64,000 nt of DNA, taken from Naegleria gruberi. Lineage: Eukaryota. Every line of letters starts with the position of its first letter. Within the stretch, counting starts at the first letter, position 1. The stretch is taken from the NCBI GenBank assembly GCA_000004985.1, contig GG738851.1; one strand, written 5' to 3'. The notes under the pieces are model-generated. The model made no database searches. It worked only from the letters and a program-made list of their open reading frames with translations, and was not told the DNA's origin. A program made the position numbers and the translations under genes. This document shows positions 53,670 to 64,000 of this stretch, one piece after another.

Positions 53670-55351
53670 TTATTTGAGGCACATTCTAAGAGCAAATGCA
53701 TAAGCATGTGTCAAGGGTACCAAAGAACTGAACCAACTGTAATGACCAAGATAAGGTGAAAATGAAACAATTGTACAATTGACGAAAAGGAGTACAATAA
53801 AAATAAGGAACCAAATGTAAACTTCACCATCGTGTGGGAATACATATGAATTTTCCCTCAATGCCTTTAAAAAGTAGTGCAATACTACAAAGAACATAAT
53901 AATAAAGAACAACTCCAAAGGTATGGCTGAATACATGAGATAAAAACTGCTTGTTGTAAATTCGAGTCCAAATCCTAGCAAGATCACAAATGATTCCAAT
54001 AAAAATACAAGAAAATTGATACCAAAAGCATACCACAAAGTTAGTGGAGCTTTTGATCGATTCTCCTTAATAATACCAGTCGTAATGAAACATGTAGCTA
54101 TTGGAGCAGCAAAGCAAATTACCAAAACGTACAAGAATGGTACAATCAATACATAAAACCACGAGTAGGTATAAGTCCTAGAGGGAATTCCATCATGCAC
54201 GGGATTTTCAGTGAATGGTAACAAAACATTGACAAGGGCAAGAATGGCAATTATCATGAATGAAGCAACACCACCCATCGATAACAGAGCCGCGATCCAA
54301 AATCCTTCTCTAAATTCCTTCTCCTTCAAACAATCCAAAGTAATAAAGAATAGACCAGCAATTAAACAAATAGCAAACACAAACCACAAAGGTATGAATG
54401 AAAAAACTTGCCATCTCACACCAATAGCATTGTAAACCAATTGATCGACAGCATCTGTTATACCAGTCATGATAAAAAAGAGCAGGAATGAAAAATACAG
54501 AACTGATGAAGCACCAATAATAAATCTCCTAGTATTTGCTCTAAATTTCTCATGATATTTGGCCATAAATTCTCTAATTTTCTTTTCCTTTGCAATTCTT
54601 CTTCTTTCCTTATCTTGTTTCTTACCATGTTTAATGTGAAGTCCTCTCAAAGTTCCCACACTGATAATCTTGTTATCATTGTCAAATGTAACATAATCCT
54701 CCACTTTAATTATTTCAATAAATCCAAAAATTCAAAAATCAACAAACCTTTTGGTGGATGAGGTGGAGGTGGAATTGGTTTTCCATAAGGTTTCATATAA
54801 CTAATTCTCGTTCTCTCGCTCACATAGTAATTAATTTGTTCCGAATAAATCTTTTTAAACAGTTCAACACAATTCGAATACCACAACAAGTCATGCTTTG
54901 ATGATTCGTACCAATCTCTATTTACAAGTGAGGCCTCACTCAATGTTTTTTGATCTAGCCAGAGGAACATTTCTACCAAAACTTCTCCTGGAATATTATT
55001 CCATGTGTAATTTACATGAAATCCCGACAATATATTATCAGAATCGTTATTTTTCGAATGATTTGATCGAATGACAACTGAATTGTCCTTTCCAGTTGCT
55101 GATGGTGATTGAACAGCAACTACTACAGCATTATTTGAAATGGAAGCAGAAGGAGATGTTGAATTCATCATCTGCTGCTGCTCTTGTTGATTATCCAATC
55201 CGAGTGTTATCTGTTGATTATCAACAGCATCCTTATTTTCTTGTCCTTCTTCACCATCCATTTGTGGTGGTGCATTATCCTTCTGACTTTCCAAATCAAC
55301 AAATTGATCATCGGAAGTCATCTTGTCTAAAAAACCCAAATAATCAACCAA
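53670..55351 (-). CDS. F-box protein fused to a 7-helix integral membrane domain; 2 exons
   Basis: Exons on the minus strand: 55351..54748 and 54703..53670. The 44-nt intron is gtttgttg..aattaaag. The F-box is IPGEVLVEMFLWLDQKTLSEASLVNRDWYESSKHDLLW. It is followed by a PPPPHPP linker and then 7 hydrophobic segments. The protein is about 545 aa. Confidence 0.7.
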
Positions 55352-55681
55352 TTAATTAAAATACAAAATTTCAAACTCTTCCGAATACTCTCTGATATTC
55401 CTACTCTTGATTTTTAGCAACGTGATGAGTGCCAGCAATTGTGTTATTTTTTTTCTGTTGCTTTTCGTTTGGGTATGAACTTTTGGCGAACACTAACATG
55501 TAGTTCCGAGTTCTGTTATTTTGTAAGGCAAGGCAGAGAGTTTGGAAGATGAAAAACTGGGGAGTGAATGGTAAGGGGTGAATGGACAGGATTGGATGGA
55601 ATGGATCGATTGGGTGCTATTGTGAAAATTTGAAATGAATTGAATGGACGGTTAGTGAAGGAATGGGTAGTGAGCTAGAGT

Positions 55682-58600
55682 TTATTTTTTGATACCATAA
55701 CCACCTCCACCTGGTGTTTGAATAATGACACAATCTCCTGGTTCGACCTTGAAAGAGTTCTTTCCTCCTAGAGAGTGAATGAGACCTCTCTTGAGAATGA
55801 GTAAATTCTTTCCTTTTTGTCCATCTTTTCCACCTCTACAACCAGATGGTGAGAAGACTCTTCTCTCTGAGAGAATTCCAACTTGAAGTGGTTCAAGGAA
55901 TTCAACTTCTCTCACAACGCCATTTCCTCCTCTGAATTCTCCTTCACCTCCTGAATTTGGTCTCACGCTGAACTGTTTCAGAATGAGCGGATATCTTCTT
56001 TCGAGAATTTCAACATCGGTAATTCTGGTATTGGTCATGTGGGTGTGAACAGAGTCTTCTCCTTGATAGTCCTTTCCAGCTCCAACACCTCCACAAATAG
56101 TTTCATAATAGCCCCATGATTCATTACCGAATGTGAAATTATTCATGCATCCTTGACTACAGGCAGCTGCTGAGAATGCCTTAAGAATAACATCGGTCAC
56201 TCTTTGTGAGGTCAATACGTTACCTGCTACTACACCGACGATACCATCTTCACCAATATCTAAAAGTGAGTGTTTTTCAATCTTGATTGAGATTGGTTCC
56301 AGACATCCTTGATTGAGAGGAATGTCCTGTTTGACAAGACATCTCAAGCTGTACAAAATTGCAGAAATAGTAATGGCCTTTGGTGCACTAATTGACAAAT
56401 AGTTAGAATAATTGAAAAATTGATAGAGAATACTTACTTGGTATTACCTAAAAAATTTCAATTTCATGTAATATTCCAATAGTTAGTTCAATAAAAATTA
56501 AGAGCTTGGGTTAAAATAATATAATAATAAGCTACAAACCCAACATCATTTCTGAAGTTCCTGTGAAATCAAAGATTGCAACATGTTGCTTTTCAGAGCC
56601 GTTTCTAAAGTTTTCATGTTTTTGATTTTTGATTGTCAAATGCAAGTTGATTATTGATCCGTCATCCATAAAATCTTGGGAATGCAAGTCAATGCTGGCA
56701 GCATTCTTATCTTGTGAGTGTTCCTCAAATACTTGTTGCAACATTTCCTTGACTGCGTATTCTGCATTGTCCTGAACATATTGCATATAGCTTTGGACAA
56801 CTTCTAATGAATATTCATTGATGAGTTCTTGCAAAAGTGAAATACCTTTAGTATTAGAAGCAACTTGAGCTTTCATATCTGAAATATTATCCTTTATGGC
56901 TCTGGCACCTGCTTCTTTCAATAAATTTGTAATTCTCTCTTCTTGGAATTCACCATTTTCTACTAATTTACATGAAACAATTGCCATACCCTCCTCAGAT
57001 AGCAATCTACTGAATGGAGGCATTGAACCTGGCTGAATACCACCAATGTCAGCATGATGTCCACGATTGGCAACATAGAAAGCTACTTTTCCATTTGAAT
57101 ATACAGGAGTTATTACGGTAATGTCAGGCAAATGGGTGCCTCCAGCACAAGGGTGATTGGCTACAATTACCTCGCCTTCCTTCCAACTATCTCCCAGAGT
57201 TCTAATTTGATATCGAACTGCCTCACTCATTGAACCCAAGTGAACAGGCAAGTGTGGAGCATTGGCAAGGAGAGAACCATCTGGAGAGAAGAGAGCACAT
57301 GAAAAATCGAGTCTTTCCTTAATATTGGTTGAAGTTGATGTTCTTTGGAGGGATCTACCCATTTGTTCAGCAATACTCATGAAACGATGATTGAAAATAC
57401 TCAACCTAACAGCATCAACCTTCTTCAATTCATTCACATTGATTTCTTGTGTCTTTGTTGAGGAGAGAGTAATTTCCACATCACCATACTTGGTAATTAG
57501 AGCTGTTCCATGTGGTTCAACAACAATTGTAGTTGTGTCGTGAATAATAATAGCAGGGCCGTGAACCTTATCTCCAGCAGCCAAATGTTGCAAATCATAG
57601 ACAGCTGTCTCAGTCCAACCTTGTTCAAAGTATGTCTTGGTTGAGGTAATTGGTTTTGGCTCAGACTTAGATGAAGCAATTTCAATCTTACTGATGGATG
57701 GTGTAATACCAATACCTCTCACTCTAATATCATCGACAATGATTGGTCTTCCAACAACAGTAAATCCATATTCTCTCTTGTAGGATTTTTCAAATTCAGA
57801 TCTGTAATCTCCTCCAAGGATTGAATCTTGTTGCTTGGCCTCCTCTGGAACAGATGTCATGATTGAATAGTCGGTTCCCTTATACTTGAGATTGAGATAA
57901 TGTACAATTTTGATGTTGGAGTTGTCAAATCCAGAGTTTTTCAATCTCTCAACAACTCTTCCCTCGATTTCTTTCAATCTGTTGGAGAAGTATCCGAAAT
58001 TTTCCTCAGCATATTCTGCAGTACTTGGCTCTTGTTCATCCAAAACAACATCAGCAAGTCCCAACCCATAAGCACTCAAAATACCAGATTGTCTTGGAAT
58101 GAAAACCTTTTTCATACCTAAATTATTGGCAATAGCTTGAGCATGTTGTGAACCAGCTCCACCAAATGAACACAAAGTATGATCACGAGTATCATAACCT
58201 TTAGAAACTGTAATGGAACGAATTGGTCTTGACATGGCCTCGTTGGCAACTTGAATGAAACCATAGGCAACTTCTTCTGTTGTTTTGAGTTTGGCATTTT
58301 GTGGATCTCTCTTCAATTCAAAATCATTGACTTGTTTGGTCAATTCTTCGAATGCAAGTTTGGTGGCTTCATAATCGAGTGGTTGATCTTCAGTTTCACC
58401 AAAAATTTTTGGGAAGAATTCTGGTAATAATCTTCCAAGGAATAAGTTGGCATCAGTAATGGCCAAATGTTTGATTGGGAATGATCCTTGCTTTCTATAA
58501 CAGACTGGACCAGGATTAGCTCCAACAGAACTTGGACCAACTATTTCACAATTAAGAATGCTATTCGTGAAAATACATACCTTCAAAGATACCTGTCTTT

Positions 58601-59952
58601 TGGTTGAATGTCAATTTGGAGCCACCTCCAGCAGCAACTGTTGTGATATCCAGTTGAGGTGCTTGAATTTGAACTCCTGCAGTTTCAGTTTCAAAAACCA
58701 AATCAAATTTTCCTCCAAATCTTGATACATCAGTAGATGTTCCACCAATATCAATTCCAATAATTGGGATTTTATCATCTGGATTGTAGGATGTTGATGC
58801 AATAGCAACGATTCCACCAGCTGGTCCTGATAATATGGCATTACATCCCTTAAAATCTGAAGCAGGTGTAAGACCGCCATTCGATTGCATGAATGTGACA
58901 CGTTTCAACAACTTATCAAAATCTGAAAATCCAGAACAAAAGTTTCTAACATAATCCCTAATAATTGGGCTCAAATAAGCATCAACGCAAGTAGTGTGAC
59001 CTCTTGGAACTGCTCTAATCATTGGCATGGCTTGATGAGAGAGTGAAATATTTTCAATTCCAGCTCTCTTTGCAATTTCAGCAATTTGAAGTTCATGATC
59101 AGCAAATGTATACGAATGCAATAAAACTACAGCAATGCTATTAATTCCACTTTCTTTCAACTCTTTACAAGTATTATAAACAAATTCTTCATCCACAGTA
59201 TTTCTAATAAAAACTTCCTCTCCTGAAATACCCTTCTTTAATCTTTGATTTCTCCATTCTTCAGTAGAAAGTTGAGATCCTTCTGGTTCTTGGAATTTCT
59301 TACATTTTCCATAAACTTGCTCTGTGAGACAAACTCTTTCATCCACCTCAATCACTCTTTCATATAAAAGTGAAGGTTTTCTAATAAATAATTCGAAAAT
59401 CTTTGGACGTGCCTGATGTCCAATTTTAAGCAAATCACGAAATCCTTTCGTTGTAATCAAGGCACATCTAGATCCCTTTCTTTCTAGCAAGGCATTAGTA
59501 GCCACAGTGGTTCCCATTCTAATATATTCAATGTTATCAATATCAATTTCTTTAGCATCCTTCATTTGAAGTCCCAAAACTTTGTTCATTATTCTCTTAA
59601 TTCCTGAAATAATTTCATCACAAATGCAATTTAAATATTAATATTCAATATTATTACAAAAATATTAATCATAATATTACCTTCTCTCGGAGCATCATTA
59701 TAATGTTGTGGATCTTCACTCAATAACTTCATAACCACATAGGGTTGATAATTGTTATGAATTGTCTTGGGAACCTCTTCATCATCATGACGATCATCAT
59801 CGGAATTAAAAATCAAAAAAAAAATTAAATAATTCGTGATGCTGATGAAAACACAAACCTGCATAAATATCACAAAAGGTTCCTCCACGATCAATGGAAA
59901 ATCTGAATAATTGATTGGAAGCAGATCCACTACATTCGGAATTGTTGGACAT
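55682..59952 (-). CDS. OPLAH: 5-oxoprolinase (ATP-hydrolysing; hydantoinase A + B domains); 6 exons including a 10-nt micro-exon
   Basis: Exons on the minus strand: 59952..59859, 59776..59684, 59603..58581, 58540..56540, 56447..56438 and 56387..55682. Introns are 82, 80, 40, 92 and 50 nt. The protein is about 1308 aa. It aligns with the oxoprolinase blocks I recall along its length: [185 protein letters not shown] and TPGGGGYG. Confidence 0.85.
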
Positions 59953-60256
59953 TTTTTTTTGATTAGTAATTTGAACGCACGCTCTTATTCGAATTATTAT
60001 TGTAATATTACAATTAAGATGTTCTGTAAGCTAATACAAAGAAAATGTTGTTGTAAACATCAAGCCTGTTTGAATGATTTCCAAGGCCACTATAACTCAA
60101 CCTTTTCCAACCAAAGAAGAAGAATCATTGACCTTGTTTCTTCAACTTTGAAAATTACTGGTTTAACTTGAGGATCTGGTATTAACTAGTGATGATGCCG
60201 TATCATAAACGATAACATTTCAAAGTTCCAAACGACAATGTTCATTACAAAAAAAA

Positions 60257-61399
60257 ATGTCTGATAGTGATAGGCCAGTTGCTTGTGTTGATATGGGTTC
60301 TTTGAACATTAGAGTAGGATGGGCAGGTGATGATTCTCCCCAAATAACCACTCGATCACTCATCGGATATCCAAAATACAAACCAGCAATGTTTGCCTCT
60401 GGACAAAAATATTCCTACATTGGTGATGAAGCAATTTCCAAGAGGGGAGTTTTATCTTATCGTCCAGTGATGCATCACGGAGAGAATGTTGATTGGGATC
60501 ATATGGAAATGCTATGGACGTACTTGTTTGAAAATGAGTTACGGGTTGGAATGAAAGATTTGTCCATTGTGAGTGCTGATGCAGTGCTTGGATGTCATAG
60601 TAGGAGGGAAAAGACAGCTCAGATTCTATTCGAAAATTTCAATGTTAGAGAGTGGTATTGTGGATTGGCTCCTGTGATGGCTTTGTATGGAACTGCAACA
60701 CCAAGTGGTTTGTCTGTTTGTATTGGAGATGGAGTGACACAATTAATTCCAATTGTTGGAGGGAGTGTTGTTTTGGAATCTGCAAAAAGAATTAATTTTG
60801 GAGGACGAAACATTACAAAATATCTGAACGAGTTGGTCATTTCTCGTGGCTATTATTTTGAAAATTCCAGTACTGAGCAGGATATTATCAGAGATGTCAA
60901 GGAAAAGTTCAGTTACACTACTATGGACTATTGGAGTGCATGTCAACAGGTAGTACAATATGGATCGAAGGTCAAGGAATACTTACTACCAGATGGAAAT
61001 GTACTCTCTTTTGGAAAGGAGCTATTTCAGTGTAATGAGGCATGGTTTGATCCAACTCTTGTTCAAAAGGAATATCCAGGTATTCATCAAATGATATATA
61101 ATTGTGTGGAATCGATGGACATTGATAACAAAAGAGAAATGTATGAGAATATTGTTTTGAGTGGAGCTGCCACTTTAACTGAAGGTTTCTGTCAAAGATT
61201 ACAATATGAGGTGCAACAATTAATTCCAGAAAGTGTCACGTGTAGAGTTGTTGCTGGAAACGAGCGACACAACAATGTATGGCTAGGATGCTCAGTGCTA
61301 GGAAGCATGACCAATTATTTATATGGAATGACCATGAAAAGTGAAGAATACGACGAGAATGGACCATCATGGGTCCACAGAAAATTTATGGATGCATAA
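60257..61399 (+). CDS. divergent actin-related protein
   Basis: 380-aa single-exon ORF. Actin-fold signatures: CVDMGSLNIRVGWAGDD, VLSYRPVMHHGENVDWDHMEMLW, ENIVLSGAATLTEGFCQRLQ, NVWLGCSVLGSMTNYL and PSWVHRKF. It is too divergent to assign to an Arp class by eye. Confidence 0.75.
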   Translation: MSDSDRPVACVDMGSLNIRVGWAGDDSPQITTRSLIGYPKYKPAMFASGQKYSYIGDEAISKRGVLSYRPVMHHGENVDWDHMEMLWTYLFENELRVGMKDLSIVSADAVLGCHSRREKTAQILFENFNVREWYCGLAPVMALYGTATPSGLSVCIGDGVTQLIPIVGGSVVLESAKRINFGGRNITKYLNELVISRGYYFENSSTEQDIIRDVKEKFSYTTMDYWSACQQVVQYGSKVKEYLLPDGNVLSFGKELFQCNEAWFDPTLVQKEYPGIHQMIYNCVESMDIDNKREMYENIVLSGAATLTEGFCQRLQYEVQQLIPESVTCRVVAGNERHNNVWLGCSVLGSMTNYLYGMTMKSEEYDENGPSWVHRKFMDA

Positions 61400-62030
61400 A
61401 TGATCATGAATACAAATCAATCTTATCAAATCATAGAATAACTGTTGTAGGTGGGTCGAAGTACAGCTCATATACATTTCCAGTTCTCATAAATCAGCAT
61501 GAAATCCATTAAGTTGAATGACATTAAGGCCCAATCAATATTGAAATGAAATTTGAAAAGATTCACATCTTTAAGCATGCTGAATTTTTACCACATTCCT
61601 TATATGATAATCAATTCCAAATTGAGAATATCAAAATCAAGGTCCATCAAAATGAACCATGGATTTTATTGACCACCACCCTTAATCCAAGTTTGAATCA
61701 TATTGAAATGACGCAAACTGAGGAATATGATGGAACCAACAATCAAGGAGTTAAGGCAAGATTTTGGAAATTGGAATGTTCAGATTGCCCTATCTCCATA
61801 TATACCAATTGAAACCAAGTACAAGACAATTATTCATCAGCGCAACAAGAAAAGCCAATTGACGAAAGTAGATTACTTGATTATGCTTAATATATTAAAA
61901 TAAATTGTAAGGATGTAGTCAACGATAAGGAATTTGTAACTCCAAAACCAATTTACCCATCAATAAGAAAGTTTCATTCTAAATAAATTACATTGTTATT
62001 ATTTGATGAATAATGTATTTACGACTGAGC

Positions 62031-63788
62031 TCAATTATTTTGGTAACATGTATCTAGACGTTGAATATCATCTGCAGTATAATCCAACTCTATCAAGGTA
62101 TCAAATCGTTCCTGTTCAGAGAACTTGGATAAATATTCGTACAATGGCTTTTCCATAGCCCTTTTGGAAGCATCCTTGAAAATTGGGAAGCAAGCTTTAC
62201 AAAAAGCAACAAGTTCTTCATCTAAAATTGTTAAAGTTAGAGTTCTATCCTCAAGCATGTTGATGGTATTTTCAGGGAATCCTAAACGATGTCCATATGA
62301 GAATAATTCTAACAAGTTACTTTCGTCCAATTGCTCAAACCTGGCAGAATAGATAAAATTACACAATTCTTGAACTACTGAAAAGTTGCATCCTTGAATT
62401 TCAAGTGTTGGAATATCTTCATGGAGAGCTGATTCTTTCATTCTTTCAGTTTCATCAAAATTAGAGTTGAGCAATACATTGAAAAACATTGATCTTTCTG
62501 AGAGGAAGTGTTTGTGGCATAATATAGCTTCTGTGGATTCAACAAAGAAAACCTCTTCCAGATAATTCTTAATTTTGATCTGAACATCACATAAACTTCG
62601 TTGTAATCTTTCAAACTTTGAAATGGCCTCATAGTTATTGTGGAATATACATCCTTTCAAGTCGTTTTTGAATTGTGAATCTGATTCCTTCATTGCAACT
62701 TTGATATCTTTTGTTAAATAATCCTTAAACATGTCCACAAGAGTATACATTTTCAAAGTTTCCATCCAATCACAATATTCTGTTCTTTGAACAAAAACTC
62801 CCAAATTTTCTAATTTCATAAACTTTTTTTGGTTTTCAGTCTTCAGCAAACAACCAGTATAAATCCATACCATTAAATTATCAAATTGACTTTTGGTCAA
62901 TCCAACTTGTCCCAAATCAACAACTTGCAATTCCTCTCTCTTTAAAAATTCCCTAATTTCTCTATCACTATCTGGAATTAAATTCTCAATTGCTTGCAAG
63001 TCATCCTGAGGTCTTTGATAATTTTTCTTTTCATTGGCAATTTCCATTTGTTTCTTAATTTCCTTAATTTTCTTATTGTAAACATCCACCATCAATACTT
63101 CCTTATTCATCGAATCAAAATATTTCTTAATTTCTCTATTTGTTTTCAAATCAACAACTTTCAAATCTTCACTTGTCAAAATGGTGCTCACTTTCATTGG
63201 AATAGGTCTTTCCTTATTCACCAAAGCAAAATACAAGAGCATTGGCCATCTCTTCAAAATAATCCACCAATTACAATAGTAAATAGTATCTTCCTCATCT
63301 TTTCCAAATCTAATTCTAATAGTCAAATCACATTCATCTGGTTTCTCAGTTCCATAAATCACTCTCTTGGCCATTTTCATCATGAATGGATCCAACGATT
63401 TGAACTGATCTTGCTCATACATTTGCTCAATTTCTTCATCTTCCTCTTCTTCAGTTTTCTTTTGTGCTTTCTTTACTTGTGTTGGTCCTCCATACTTATT
63501 ATAAACCTTCAATAAATGTCTCACTGGCAACGACAAGGCATTCCAATAGCAACGAGCAAACTTATCATCACGAGCCCCCAAATCCGACAAATACTTGACC
63601 ACCTGTAAATGTCCACACAAACAAGCATAATAGAGAGGTGTATTTCCATACCTATCGGGTCTATCCAAGTCTGATGTTTTAATAATGGATCGAATCTTGT
63701 TCAAATCGCCCACTTTACAAAATGAATAGATATCACTCATGGGAGAGAGAGGTGAACCCAAACCACTGGTTTTGTGTTGTTGAAGCAT
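62031..63788 (-). CDS. ankyrin-repeat + double BTB/POZ protein (ABTB1/BPOZ-like)
   Basis: 585-aa ORF. N-terminal ANK repeats (GNTPLYYACLCGHLQVVKYL). Two BTB-like segments: CDLTIRIRFGKDEEDTIYYCNWWIILKRWPMLLYF and CDVQIKIKNYLEEVFFVESTEAILCHKHFLSERSMFFNVLL. Confidence 0.7.
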   Translation of the reverse strand: MLQQHKTSGLGSPLSPMSDIYSFCKVGDLNKIRSIIKTSDLDRPDRYGNTPLYYACLCGHLQVVKYLSDLGARDDKFARCYWNALSLPVRHLLKVYNKYGGPTQVKKAQKKTEEEEDEEIEQMYEQDQFKSLDPFMMKMAKRVIYGTEKPDECDLTIRIRFGKDEEDTIYYCNWWIILKRWPMLLYFALVNKERPIPMKVSTILTSEDLKVVDLKTNREIKKYFDSMNKEVLMVDVYNKKIKEIKKQMEIANEKKNYQRPQDDLQAIENLIPDSDREIREFLKREELQVVDLGQVGLTKSQFDNLMVWIYTGCLLKTENQKKFMKLENLGVFVQRTEYCDWMETLKMYTLVDMFKDYLTKDIKVAMKESDSQFKNDLKGCIFHNNYEAISKFERLQRSLCDVQIKIKNYLEEVFFVESTEAILCHKHFLSERSMFFNVLLNSNFDETERMKESALHEDIPTLEIQGCNFSVVQELCNFIYSARFEQLDESNLLELFSYGHRLGFPENTINMLEDRTLTLTILDEELVAFCKACFPIFKDASKRAMEKPLYEYLSKFSEQERFDTLIELDYTADDIQRLDTCYQNN

Positions 63789-63939
63789 TTTTTTTGAAAG
63801 TTTTGTGAACTTGGTGTTTTTTTGGATTTGCAGGCACAGTTGTAGAATTGAAGTTTAAGATTTTTGTAAAGTATATAATATTATTGCAATATTAGAAGGA
63901 ATTTGTAAAGATTATTTAAAGATAAATTTCGATAAAAAA

Positions 63940-64000
63940 ATGGAAGAACAGAAAGATGCGAAATTATTTAGAACAATTTCTGTTGATCAAGAAGAAGAAA
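63940..64000 (+). CDS. 5' end of a gene running off the window (MEEQKDAKLFRTISVDQEEE...)
   Basis: An ATG with aaaaaaaATG context opens a frame that stays open to the window end. Only 20 codons are visible. Confidence 0.3.
   Translation, partial: MEEQKDAKLFRTISVDQEEE

Noticed and set aside
61546-61812. An 88-codon ORF downstream of the actin-related gene
   Set aside because: No motif, no A-rich start context, and it lies in the 3' region of the convergent gene pair. It is probably non-coding, and I list it only for completeness.
1-64000. A ciliate-type or other non-standard genetic code, suggested by the AT-richness and the Q-rich proteins
   Set aside because: ORFs of 300-2212 codons are intact under the standard code and end in TAA, TAG or TGA. 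In-frame TAA/TAG are absent from the conserved genes (oxoprolinase, ARPC3).
1-64000. A prokaryotic or viral origin, with operons, CRISPR arrays or IS elements
   Set aside because: Conserved proteins such as oxoprolinase, subtilisins and AP mu can only be reconstituted by removing short GT-AG introns. Eukaryotic-type tRNAs and 5S rRNA are present. No direct-repeat/spacer arrays or transposase ORFs were seen.

Overview
This 64-kb window is compact, AT-rich (about 30-33% GC) eukaryotic nuclear DNA. It uses the standard genetic code: ORFs up to 2212 codons end in TAA/TGA/TAG, so a ciliate-type code is excluded. Genes are closely spaced on both strands, with intergenic gaps of 0.03-1 kb. Many genes carry very short spliceosomal introns of 38-92 nt (one of 292 nt), with GTAAGT, GTATGT or GTTTGT 5' sites and short AG acceptors. 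I rebuilt exon chains by hand from reading frames. Splice coordinates are best estimates within about 2 nt and need RNA-seq confirmation.

Recognisable genes:
- two paralogous five-exon subtilisin-like proteases
- a signal-peptide / NHL-repeat / tenascin-type EGF / mucin-stalk / TM type-I membrane gene
- a giant single-exon receptor combining NHL repeats, EGF, GPS motif, 7TM and a C-terminal RGS domain
- a three-exon gene that fuses a complete prolyl-4-hydroxylase-like 2OG oxygenase domain to an F-box and a full actin fold
- an F-box fused to a 7-helix membrane domain
- three further F-box genes
- a protein with two KCTD-type BTB domains, and an ANK plus double-BTB protein
- a six-exon 5-oxoprolinase with a 10-nt micro-exon
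- ARPC3
- an AP-complex mu subunit
- an MFS sugar transporter
- a methyltransferase, an amidohydrolase, an ABHD-like hydrolase, a rhodanese/Cdc25-like phosphatase, a class II aldolase/adducin protein and an actin-related protein

RNA genes are tRNA-Asp(GTC), tRNA-Val(AAC), two 5S rRNA genes 1.5 kb apart in a gene-poor stretch, and a truncated 5S fragment about 10 kb away. Gene content and intron style fit an amoebozoan-like or other compact protist or early-branching opisthokont genome, but I cannot fix the taxon from the sequence alone.

The most interesting candidates are the NHL/GPS/7TM/RGS receptor, the P4H/F-box/actin fusion, the F-box/7TM fusion, and the local enrichment of cullin-RING ligase adaptor genes.
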